Part shown: in pieces, positions 45,003 to 54,633 of the stretch
How positions within the stretch are numbered: position 1 is the first letter of the stretch
Layout: each line of letters starts with the position of its first letter
From: an uncultured Candidatus Micrarchaeota archaeon
GTDB taxonomy: Archaea; Micrarchaeota; Micrarchaeia; Micrarchaeales; CABMGC01
Assembly (NCBI GenBank): GCA_963833485.1
Contig: CAWHXT010000005.1
Span: forward strand, 21,330-85,329
Reading direction: 5' to 3'
Length of the DNA stretch: 64,000 nt
Notes under the pieces: model-generated
What the model saw: the letters and a program-made list of their open reading frames with translations, nothing else
Databases searched by the model: none
What the model was told of the DNA's origin: nothing
Translations under genes and position numbers: made by a program

Positions 45003-46423
45003 ACGGCTTTTAATGTGAGGGTTGCAACCTTTACCGATAGCCAGGGGTTCGTGCTGCTTGGGGCACTGCTGTTTGTAGTATAGTTAAGAAACAGCGAACC
45101 GGTGAATGTAGATCCTTGCGTGATGCTGCTGATTGGACTGCCGCTTGCACCAAAGCATTTCAGATTACTAATAAAGTCCTCGCTGCCACTATTCATATAG
45201 AAAGAAGTGGTATTCAAAGAGCTTGCGACCTCTGAAGTTGCTTCACCATACGTATTCAGTAATACTACTGCATTACCAGGATTTGGATGCCCATAATTGT
45301 TAGAAGTTGCAACGCATCCAAGACCTATGTTGTACATCGATGAACCAGTGCTCTCCCCAAATGAGAACGATAGATTGCCATTAGTCGCTAGTGTAGGAGC
45401 TTGACATAAGAATCCAGGGGCAGCAATGCACGTAGTTCCGCTTCCGTAGCCGGTGTTGCTTATGAGCTGCGTGTAGTTGATAACCTTTCCTGGAAGCGAG
45501 GTCACCTCTTGGTCTGTTAGCGGCTTTCCTATGGAAGTTTCATTAGCTGATAGCTCTGCTCCTATTGAAGCCTTTTCACCAGTCTGCCCACTAGATATGG
45601 CCACGCTACCTTTGCCTGATACTATAAGAGGTACGTAGTACGAATCTGATACGCAGGTTGTAAAGGTGCCTGATATTGGAGCAACATTAACTGAAGTGCT
45701 ACCTCCTGTAAGTGCGCTAAGCATCTTAGGGGTCCCGCTCACCGTACCGTTTAATAGAAGACAGCTGTTTCCGTTCTTTGTTGTCGGAGTCTCTGAAGTA
45801 ATAGTTATATTGATACCATCTAAAATCGAAGTGGTGTTAAATAGGGATGACACACCGGAAGACTGCCCAGAAGCACTTTCGTATTTGGTCAGATCACTTT
45901 GAACTAGGCATGTGACTGTATTGTTGTAAGACCCTTCGTTAAATGGAGCGCATACGTATGTCTTCCCACTAGCGTTTATGGCGGTTACGTTAAAGGCGAG
46001 AGAGCTTCCAACACTTAATAGGGATGGTATTGTAAAGGATGTATAAGATCTGGAGTCGTTGCCAATTCTTTGGTAAATAAAACTGAAAGGTAGAGGCAGG
46101 CTGAAACTTGAACTGCCTTGAGTTATCGTGACGTTTAAGGAACCTGTGTAGCTTACATTCTCCTGTGAAACTTGCCCTTCGACCTGCGAGATGTCGCTTG
46201 TGAATTGTGATATAGACAAAGACTTATTTATAGGAAGAACCGCCTCAAGCTTGCTTTTCTGCGGCGCTAAAACGAACATGTACAGCACCAAAGCTATGAT
46301 CACGATGACAACTATTCCCCCTACTATTTTCATGATACCACCGCCTGAACGCTTTGGCTGCGGTGCGCCTCCCTGCTGCATTTTAGGCTGTTGAGGAGGA
46401 ACTTGTGGCCTTTGTGTGCTCAT
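44999..46423 (-). CDS. Secreted or surface protein, paralogue of the product of 30715-32661
   Basis: Gln/Pro-rich N-terminus, then TM 'IVGGIVVIVIIALVLYMFVL'. Collinear blocks shared with the 648-aa protein, e.g. 'NETSIGKPLTDQEVTSLPG' vs 'NETSLSSQPLPDSEITALPG'. Confidence 0.6.
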   Translation of the reverse strand: MSTQRPQVPPQQPKMQQGGAPQPKRSGGGIMKIVGGIVVIVIIALVLYMFVLAPQKSKLEAVLPINKSLSISQFTSDISQVEGQVSQENVSYTGSLNVTITQGSSSFSLPLPFSFIYQRIGNDSRSYTSFTIPSLLSVGSSLAFNVTAINASGKTYVCAPFNEGSYNNTVTCLVQSDLTKYESASGQSSGVSSLFNTTSILDGINITITSETPTTKNGNSCLLLNGTVSGTPKMLSALTGGSTSVNVAPISGTFTTCVSDSYYVPLIVSGKGSVAISSGQTGEKASIGAELSANETSIGKPLTDQEVTSLPGKVINYTQLISNTGYGSGTTCIAAPGFLCQAPTLATNGNLSFSFGESTGSSMYNIGLGCVATSNNYGHPNPGNAVVLLNTYGEATSEVASSLNTTSFYMNSGSEDFISNLKCFGASGSPISSITQGSTFTGSLFLNYTTNSSAPSSTNPWLSVKVATLTLKAV

Positions 46424-46626
46424 CGGCTGTTGTGTAGTGCTCTGTTGGGGATCGTACGGGCTTTGAAAATCGGCGTCTATAAAATCACTTGTTTTAAAAT
46501 TCTGTTTTACACTGAATAGCTTAGAAGTAACAATTTATAATTGTATACCATGTGAAAAGGGTCGCGGAAAAACGTAAGGTGCGAATAGTTTTAAATACTA
46601 CCATTTAGATAGTCATACTGATAAAG

Positions 46627-47878
46627 ATGCCTCAGGTTAAGTACAGCGTGAAAGACAAGAGTGAGAGGTTACTAGTGCTAGCCGTAGACATCGACAACGA
46701 CCTCTACAAGAAGACGAAGATATCTGGGCCCGTCATGGGAAGGGTTCAGAACCTCAACGCTGCGAACGAGCTCATGCTCGCAGATCCGGAGGACACAGAT
46801 GGCAACACGATGTTCCAGGCGGTAAAGCTCTACGACCAACTGAAGAAGGATGGATACTCTGTCAACCTCGCAACGATCACTGGCTCGGAGAACGAGGGGT
46901 ACGACGCGGACAGGGAGATAGCAAGGCAACTTGAGCTGGTGCTTGCCACCTACAAGACCGACGCATGCGTATTCGTCACTGATGGTGCGAGCGACGAGCG
47001 AGTCCTGCCGCTCATACCAGTCAAGAGTGAAGATAAACAGCATGAACATGATAACGATAAAGCAGGCCCAGCAGCTCGAAAACACTTATTTCGTCATACT
47101 AGAGAAGCTCAAGGAGCCGCACTACGCAAGGATCGTCTTCGGCATACCTGCGTTGATAATACTTCTGTTCGCCGTGAGCTATGCGCTAGGTGGCGGATGG
47201 CTGCCGCCTGTGCTGTTGGTAGGCCTTTACCTTGCGCTCAAGGGATTCGGGTTAGAGGAAAGCTTCCTTGGATCGTTCAGGGGCTTCGGTTTCAGTATGG
47301 ACAAGCTCAGCTTCGTGTTCTACATGAGTGGGATAATATTCTTCCTAGCCAGCATACTCATCGCATACGGAGATTATTCCGCGCAGATCGGGCTAGGATC
47401 AATATCAATCATAACATGGGCGTACACTGTCGAGGGCTTCATGCTGCTGCTTCCGGTAGTGCTCATACTGTTCATTCTTGGAAGAATGCTTGAGGTCAGG
47501 GGAAGCAAGTACCTGTTCAGGAGCTTCAAGTATGGATCATACATCGGTTCATCGATAATCATGTGGGTTCTGATGTATTCGCTGGTCTCTTGGATAATAG
47601 GGCAGATATACTTCTACCAGCTTCTGGAGTTTGCCATAGTCGCGATAGCCATAGGGATAACAGTGACAACCGCCACGAACTTGTTGAGAAGGAGAGTGCT
47701 TCGCACCAAGAGGATGAAGGACAAGCTTGTAGTCAACGAGCTTGGCGCGCTTCTAGGAAAAGTGAGCGGCGTTGACATAAGGAGAGGCATGATCATAATA
47801 AACACAAGCTTTGGAAACGCAATCAGATACAATGTTGATAGGATAGTTGACGTGAGCGACAAGGTTGTCATAAGATAG
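46627..47878 (+). pseudogene. DUF373-family archaeal membrane protein, frame disrupted as read
   Basis: N-terminal 'LVLAVDIDNDL', 'LADPEDTDGN' and 'VFVTDGASDERVLPLI'. A +1 shift at the CC at 47017-47018 continues as 'QSRVKINSMNMITIKQAQQLENTY' plus a TM domain. 1252 nt, i.e. 1251+1. Confidence 0.7.
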
Positions 47879-47983
47879 GTGCTCAACTCTTGAAATAAGG
47901 CCGGTTTTTGCTTAAAAACGCTGAGGTAGTGAATCCTTAAATAGAAGAAAAAAGAAAGATTAATAGGTCACAGGGGGTTTTCA

Positions 47984-50325
47984 ATGAGAGAGAGCTCAAC
48001 AGTCACTATTTTTGTTTCTTCCATATTAGTGATAACTCTACTTTCCTTATTTTTACATAGTTTTTACGCTGAAGGCAACCAGGCCTCGAACAGCACGGCG
48101 AACTTTACTGCTTACTCGGCGCCTGAGCTCTCTTTAACGTCAACAACCACAACATCGACAGTGATTTCGACAACTACAACGTTGCACGAATGCGACGAGG
48201 GCGATGCAGGCGAACACAACCCGCATTGCATTTCAACAACCTCAACTTCGATTCCTACTTCAATATCATCCATTTCTACATCGACAGCTACAACTTCAAC
48301 CGTGGCCTCGACAACCACTACATTAAATGAGTGTGACGAAGGTAACGCGGGCGAAAATAACCATCATTGTACCTCAACAAGCAGCATTTCTACAACAACT
48401 TCGACTATTCCGAGCACTTCAACCACCACAATACTTCCTTCGACAACCACTACGATAACTCCAACAACTTCAACAACCGTTCTTACAACCTCCACAACGA
48501 CTTCAACAGTAAGTTCGTCCACTACTACTTTGAATGAATGTGACCAAGGCGATGCAGGCGAATATAATTCTCATTGCACTTCAACAACTAGCATTCCTTC
48601 AACAACTTCAACCATCCCGAGTACCACAACCACTTCAATAATTCCTACAACTACAACTACCATTCCAACAACTACGACAATCTCTACTACAACCACAACA
48701 ATTCCTTCAACGACTACAACGACGATATCTGCAACAACTACGACAATAATTCCTACAACTAGTACCTCAACTTCAACAAGCACAATTTCTTCAACATCTA
48801 CTACAACCTTGCCGCCCACTACGACAATAGGCCAATCGTCTTTCGGGGGAGGAAATCCTGACTCTGGAGGTGGATTGCCTGAAGTCATAACAACAGAAAC
48901 TACGGCAGTTTCTACAGTCCCTACAACGACCATTTTCTCCGTCAATCCACTAACAAACCTTAACTCTGCACTTGGATCCTCCTGCGGCAACTACTCTATA
49001 AACGAGACAGACCCAGCGCTTGTCAACTTTGCCAATGCTAACGCGTTCTTCGGAGTCGTAGCCAACACAGCCAAGCTCACTCCAGTTAGGATATGCGTAA
49101 CAAATGTGACACTTTCAACTCCAGGAGGTGGCACAGGTCAGAACAAATTAGTAGCTCTCAACATCAGCGTCACTCCAGACGTAGGAATAACCACGAATGG
49201 CAGCATAGGATACAGCTGCAGCATAAACGCTAACGACATATCGGCCTACAAACTTAGCTCTGGGGCGTGGAGGGCATTGCGCAAAACTCGCTCCTTCAGA
49301 ATGATCAGATCATTGTAGGAGGAAGCGTTCCTACCATAGGCGCTGGGGTAGTATTATGGCCAAGCATAGGCGCCACCTCAACAAGCAGCTCTACAACCTC
49401 AACTACTTCTACAGCATCCACAACATCTACAACCACAATCAGTTCTACAACCTCATCTACTTCAGCTACAACATCTTCCTCTTCGACAGCTTCAACCACT
49501 TCCACAACAACATCCACATCTACTTCAACTATAACATCGACATCCACTTCTACCTCACTTTCTTCTACTACTTCTTCTATTTCATCAACCACGTTCACAT
49601 CAACATCAACTTCAACCAGCACCTCAAGCAGCAGCTCAACTAGCATAGTGTCTTCAACTACATCTACTCCGACGACATCGCCAACAACAATACAGCCTAG
49701 TGGTGGAGGTGGAGGAGGAGGCGGAAGTCAAGGTGGAGGAGGTGTCCATAGACCTACAATCCAACAACTCGCAAACGGTTGCTATGCTGTCAACAATGTA
49801 ACCCAATTGGACACTTTCAACGTTACATTTTCTGGAGTGAAACAGGACGTTACAGAGAATTTCATCTCACCAACACAGGCAGGGATATCAGTAAATAGTA
49901 ATCCTTACACGCTGCAACTGAATGGCACTGCAAATGTTTCGAGCAACGCTACCTCTAATTTCGTTGTAAAGCTCCTGAATATCAGTTACCTGCCGCTTGA
50001 GAATACGATACAACTGAGCATGTGCCCGGTATTAAAACCAGGGATAACGACAACTATCACCACTACTACCTCAGTAGCAACTACCAAACCGACCACTACG
50101 TCTGTTAAGACTACCACGACAGTCAATGTTGTTAATAATACACGCCTTGTGGTGCAGGCGCAGGCTCCGCCATTACAAGAGACCAGCTTAATAGAGCTCT
50201 TCATGCCATTTGAGCTTTACATTATGATAGGAGTATTCATCATAATCGTCGCGATTGGCACAATAGTTTACACTCTATTAAATAGTAAAGGGAATGCTCC
50301 GCCTCCTGTCGAGTCTTCCTCTTAA
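47984..50325 (+). CDS. Thr/Ser-rich (mucin-like) cell-surface protein with signal peptide and C-terminal 'PFELY'+TM anchor; two ORFs as read
   Basis: Signal-like N-terminus, 3x 'ECD(E/Q)G(D/N)AGE.N.HC' repeats, long poly-Thr/Ser linkers, a Gly run, and a C-terminal TM. The ORFs 47984-49318 and 49267-50325 differ by -1 near the G-run at 49262-49275. 2342 nt, i.e. 2343-1. Confidence 0.65.
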
Positions 50326-50351
50326 AAATATAGAAAAAGTCAAAAAAGAAC

Positions 50352-51794
50352 TCACTTTTCACGTGAAGGGCTCTTTGTCTTAATAACATATGTATAGACC
50401 AATGAGAGCGTTCCAGCCACTACGATGAAAGTCCCCATCATTCCATAGAGTTCGAATGGAAGGAACAAAACTACAACAGCTGACGTCGATAGTGGTGGCA
50501 ACGTAGGCACCTGTGGCGCTACTGTGCGTATTGGAACTGTGGTTGTTGGCTGAGTTGGCAGTGTCGTTACGACTGTTGATGGCGTAGGTGTCGTGCTGCT
50601 TGAAGTAGTGTTGGTTGAAGTGGTCACAGTTGTTGAAGGAGCGGTGCTGCCAGATGTGGAAACTGTAGAGCTTGTGCTGCTTCCGCCTCCAGCAGAAGTT
50701 TGACCGCCAACTCCACCGGCGCTGCTTGCGACTACGACAGGTGAAGATGAAGGTGCTGGTGTTGGATTCACTGTGACTAAAGTGCTTGCTGACGGAGTCA
50801 CGGAGACTCCTGAACTATCCATTACCGCTACGGTGAATGTATCTGATGTTGATGTTGAAACTGACGGTGCGGATATCGTGCAAGTGTAAGTTCCATTTGA
50901 AGCTCCTGTTGTAAGGCAGTCAGATGCGGTCGAAGTCAATGAACCCTCAATTGAGCCTGTCCACGTCAACGTGTATGGTGGTGTTCTCTGCTCTATATCT
51001 GCAGTCAGCGTTTCCGTCTGACCTGAAGTTATTGTTGAAGCAGAGGCTCCGAGCGTTGCTGTAGGAGCTGGATTGACATGTAATACTATTAGTAGCCCAC
51101 TTCCTAAGTTGATTGCGTCACCAGGATAAGTTACACGCATTCTCGCTTTTCCTGAACCCGGATCTGTATAAGTCACTGAGCATGATCCCGAAGAAAGCGT
51201 GCATGTGTTGCCAGAAGGGAAGGAACCTACGTTGTCCTTTGTAGTGAAGGTCACTGACCCTGTAGGTGCAGATCCTGTTACGGTTGCAGTGAAGGTTACG
51301 GTGGCTCCTGCAGAAAATGTAGATAATCCGTCTAATGAAGTTGCAGATGTTACTAATGGGTCGACTGTCACGGTGAATGGGCTAGTTATCGCTTCTGTTG
51401 TTGTGTTTCCGTCAGAGACTACAAGAAAATAGGAATAAGTGCCCCAAGCAGCCGGAGTATCACTCAAAATCAATCCGCTGCCGCCGCTAACAGGCAAGCT
51501 ACTTGCTATGTCGTTAGTGCCTACAGTGTTATAATACCATTGCTCAACGCATGTGCTGCATGTGTAGTCACCTGAACCTCCAGACGCAGTTGCAAACAGT
51601 GAAATTGAGTTAGTAACAGTGATTTCTGAAGGAGTTACGGCTGCTGAGATGGTTATTGGTGTCACCTGAGCATACACGACACCTTGTGAGCGGATGAAGA
51701 AAAGCAATATCAGGACGCCTATTGTCATCTTTGATAAAAAGATCAACTTATCTTTAACCAATCTATTTTCCTTCATATCCTCACCCATCCCCAA
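50352..51794 (-). CDS. Cell-surface protein with Ig-like repeats, Thr/Ser-rich stalk and C-terminal 'PFELY'+TM anchor
   Basis: N-terminal signal/TM 'MTIGVLILLFFI', repeated 'VT(V/F)T..' beta-rich modules, a T/S-rich stalk, and the ending 'LFLPFELYGMMGTFIVVAGTLSLVYTYVIKTKSPSREK'. Confidence 0.65.
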   Translation of the reverse strand: MGMGEDMKENRLVKDKLIFLSKMTIGVLILLFFIRSQGVVYAQVTPITISAAVTPSEITVTNSISLFATASGGSGDYTCSTCVEQWYYNTVGTNDIASSLPVSGGSGLILSDTPAAWGTYSYFLVVSDGNTTTEAITSPFTVTVDPLVTSATSLDGLSTFSAGATVTFTATVTGSAPTGSVTFTTKDNVGSFPSGNTCTLSSGSCSVTYTDPGSGKARMRVTYPGDAINLGSGLLIVLHVNPAPTATLGASASTITSGQTETLTADIEQRTPPYTLTWTGSIEGSLTSTASDCLTTGASNGTYTCTISAPSVSTSTSDTFTVAVMDSSGVSVTPSASTLVTVNPTPAPSSSPVVVASSAGGVGGQTSAGGGSSTSSTVSTSGSTAPSTTVTTSTNTTSSSTTPTPSTVVTTLPTQPTTTVPIRTVAPQVPTLPPLSTSAVVVLFLPFELYGMMGTFIVVAGTLSLVYTYVIKTKSPSREK

Positions 51795-52032
51795 TTATAG
51801 TTTCCGTCTTTTCTGGTATATAAACTTAATTGTGGAACAGTGACGCTTGTCTATGTCTCGTCGAAACATGATCGCCTAACATTAACTCATTTCATAATAT
51901 TATTAAACATATCGCTTCTCTCTGTAATAACGGAAGACATGCTTCCTCCCTCTCTGTGCTCAATACATCGCTGAGAAACGGAGGATAAGAAACCTTATTA
52001 AAAGCTAAAATTGTATTTAAATAAGTGAGAAA

Positions 52033-52461
52033 ATGCAAGTTTTAATGGAACAACGACTCTCGAAAATGTACCAACAGTCGGTAGAAGTAGTAATGAAGTA
52101 TGCACCTCTCCAAGTCTCCTCTGGTCCTGCAGAGTTTTCTGGGGATATAGGAACTAAGATTGATAAGGGAGAAGTGACAAAAATTATTGACAAGGAACTG
52201 AAGGAGAGGCAGGAGTTGGAGCCACGGGACGTTTATAATGCTGCAATTACCGCGATGGAGCAGTTTGTTGAAGAGAAGGATTGGGAGAAAACGGGTAAAG
52301 AGCTCTATGAAATTTGCTTCCCGACAGAGCTGGAGCTTGAGCTGACTACCGCCGCGACGACCGCAGTGCTACGAACTGCAAAAGGGGAGGAAGAGGAAAA
52401 GAAACTAAGACGAAGCCAGGAGCAGGAGCAACCCAGAGGAGGTGGGTTAGAGATAGATTAG
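52033..52461 (+). CDS. Hypothetical acidic protein
   Basis: 142-aa ORF, Glu-rich, with no motif. Confidence 0.4.
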   Translation: MQVLMEQRLSKMYQQSVEVVMKYAPLQVSSGPAEFSGDIGTKIDKGEVTKIIDKELKERQELEPRDVYNAAITAMEQFVEEKDWEKTGKELYEICFPTELELELTTAATTAVLRTAKGEEEEKKLRRSQEQEQPRGGGLEID

Positions 52462-52546
52462 AATTCTTCCTATTTTGACAGAGAGATATTGAGATAAGGT
52501 TTAAATACTTGCTCAGATATAAAAATCTCTATACAGAAATGGACTT

Positions 52547-52843
52547 ATGCAGTACAATAACAGGAGCATTGTCCTCGCCGAACTGATCGGCCTGCGTGCC
52601 AGGGTCATCGACTGCTTAGACAGGAAACAAAGGGGTTTAGAGGGCCTAGTAATTGATGAGACCAAGAACAGCATTGTGCTTGAAGTGAGCGACGGCAAAA
52701 AGCGGGTGATAAAGGCAATCTCCACTTTCAGGTTTTATTCTGGAAGGAGGAGTTTTGTGGTAAGAGGAGAGGAGATTAACTTCAGGCCTTATGAAAGGCT
52801 CGAGAAGGGCATGAAGTTTTACAAAAAGAGAGCATCAGAGTGA
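52547..52843 (+). CDS. rnp1: RNase P protein component 1 (Rpp29/Pop4)
   Basis: 'LIGLRARVIDC....GLEGLVIDETKNSIVLE' matches the Rpp29 Sm-like core. It sits before S17, as in archaeal operons. Confidence 0.8.
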   Translation: MQYNNRSIVLAELIGLRARVIDCLDRKQRGLEGLVIDETKNSIVLEVSDGKKRVIKAISTFRFYSGRRSFVVRGEEINFRPYERLEKGMKFYKKRASE

Positions 52844-52848
52844 ATTCG

Positions 52849-53149
52849 ATGGCTGAAGAATGTAAAGATCCGAAGTGCGCCATACACGGCGATGTGAAGG
52901 TTAGAGGAGCTGAATTCTCGGCAAGGTAGTCAGCGACAGGGCAAAGAAGACCGCGACAGTTGATTAGGGACTATACACTCTACATATACAAGTACGAGAG
53001 ATATCTGAGGAAGAGGTCCAGGATACTTGCGCATAACCCAGACTGCATTGCAGCGAAGGTTGGCGACACTGTGTAAGATTTCTGAGTCAAGGAAGCTGAG
53101 CAAGAGGAAGGCTTTTGTGATAACAAGCGTGGTGAAGAGGGCAAGCTAG
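52849..53149 (+). CDS. rps17: 30S ribosomal protein S17 (uS17), three frame disruptions as read
   Basis: The pieces 'MAEECKDPKCAIHGDVKVRGAEFS', 'GKVVSDRAKKTATVD', 'RDYTLYIYKYERYLRKRSRILAHNPDCIAAKVGDTV' and 'KISESRKLSKRKAFVITSVVKRAS' lie in alternating frames. Shifts fall near 52918-52921 (-1), 52964-52965 (+1) and 53074 (+1). Confidence 0.8.
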
Positions 53150-53158
53150 GTGCTATTT

Positions 53159-53558
53159 ATGAAAGGATTATCGTCAAGGATATCTAAAGACACTCGTGCC
53201 TGGAGCCGTGCTTGCGTGCGCGGACAACAGCGGAGCGATAGAGTTCAGAATGATACACATCATAGGTAAGGGCGGTAGGCATGGTGGCCTGGCGAGTGCG
53301 GGTGTCGGCGACATAATAAGCGCGAGCGTGAGAAAGGGGACCCCGACGTATCTCAAGAAGCCTGTGCGCGTCGTGATAATCAGGCAAAGGGACGAGATAA
53401 GGAGGGCAAACAACACCAGAGTCAGGTTCGAGGACAATGCCGCGGTGATGGTCAACGACGAGAACCTTCCGATAGGCACCGAGGTCAAGGGCGCTATGGC
53501 AAGGGAGGTCGTAGAGAGGTTCGCGAAGGTGGCTGGAATAGCCTCGAGAATTGTGTGA
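53159..53558 (+). CDS. rpl14: 50S ribosomal protein L14 (uL14), one frame disruption as read
   Basis: 'MKGLSSRISK' (ATG 53159) is followed by a +1 shift at about 53186-53189 into 'TLVPGAVLACADNSGA...'. 400 nt, i.e. 399+1, giving 132 aa. Confidence 0.9.
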
Positions 53559-53563
53559 TATTT

Positions 53564-53942
53564 ATGATAGAGAGCGCGCAACCGAGAAACCAGAGAAAAT
53601 TCAGGTACAACGCTCCTATGCACGTTAGGCAGAAGTTCGCGCATGCTCACATCTCCAAAGAGCTGGCGTCGAAACTCGGGATAAAGAGAAGAAACATAGC
53701 GGTTAGAAAGGGAGACACTGTGAAGATAGTGGCTGGCTCTTTCAAGAGCAAGACTGGAAAGGTGAACAGCGTGGATCTCAGGAGCGGCAAGATTCTCGTA
53801 GAGGGGATAGGCAGGAAGACCGCGAAGGGCAAGGAGGTCATGATCTCAATAAACGCCTCAAAGGTGTACCTCATCGACCTTGACCTGAACGACAAGCTCA
53901 GGAAAGAGATGATAGAGGGGAGGAAGGCAGGTAAAGAAGTGA
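53564..53942 (+). CDS. rpl24: 50S ribosomal protein L24 (uL24); reads through into S4e as sequenced
   Basis: KOW motif 'VRKGDTVKIVAGSFKSKTGKV'. As read there is no stop before the S4e ATG. A TGA at 53940-53942 in the +1 frame reproduces the 'gtgatatttatg' junction seen at L14/L24. The likely extra base lies in the G4 run at 53917-53920. Confidence 0.75.
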
Positions 53943-53947
53943 TATTT

Positions 53948-54632
53948 ATGGCAGGAAAAGGAACTAGTAGGCACATGAAAAGGCTCGCATCTCCAAAGTA
54001 CATGAAACTTAAGAAGAAGATCGCTAAGTTCGTCACAAAGCCTAACCCAGGCAGGCACACGCTGGAGAGCAGCATTGCACTATCGACCTTCGTAAAGGAG
54101 AAGCTTGAGCTTGCAAGGAGCACCAGCGAGGCGAAAAAGGCGATAAAGGGGAGAAGAATAGAGGTAAACGGCAAGCTTGTGACTGATTCTAAGTATTCAA
54201 TAGGCTTCGGAGACGTTGTTAGGATAGTACCAAGCAACGAGATCTATGAAATCAGAGTGGGCAGGCAGGGCGCATTTGAGGCTAGGAAGGCATCGGAGAA
54301 GGGATTGAAGAGGACCCTCAAAGTCATTGGCAAATATATCGGGAAGGGAGGAAAGGTGATGATAAGGCTTAACAACGGAGACACAGTGCGCGACAAAGAA
54401 CAGCGTAAGGTCAACGACTCTGTTGTCATCGACAAAGCGAAGATACTTAGTGTCATTAAGTTTGAGAAGGGTGCGAGATGTCTTGTGATGAGCGGGATAC
54501 ACGCGCCTGAAGTTGGGAAGATAATTAACATAGAAGCGGGTACTGCGCAGAGAGACGCAACTGTTGAAGTCGAAGGTAAGAAAGGAAACATTCCAAACTC
54601 TTGTTAAGAATGTGATGGCAGTTGGTGCTTGA
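53948..54632 (+). CDS. rps4e: 30S ribosomal protein S4e (eS4), C-terminal frame disruption as read
   Basis: 'GKGTSRHMKRLASPK' N-terminus with S4 and KOW-like parts. A +1 shift near 54581-54588 restores '...TFQTLVKNVMAVGA*', ending at the TGA at 54630-54632. Confidence 0.85.
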
Positions 54633-54633
54633 T

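Noticed and set aside
48112-49646. Minus-strand ORFs rich in Val, Glu and Asp (68, 139 and 113 aa), and a +2-frame Asn/Tyr/Phe-rich ORF (49356-49643)
   Set aside because: They are antisense or alternative-frame artefacts of the ACN/TCN (Thr/Ser) codon repeats of the mucin-like surface protein.
53174-54237. Minus-strand ORFs of 158 and 196 aa across L14, L24 and S4e
   Set aside because: They are antisense to unmistakable ribosomal protein genes. Open antisense frames of this kind are expected in Lys/Arg/Gly-rich coding sequence.
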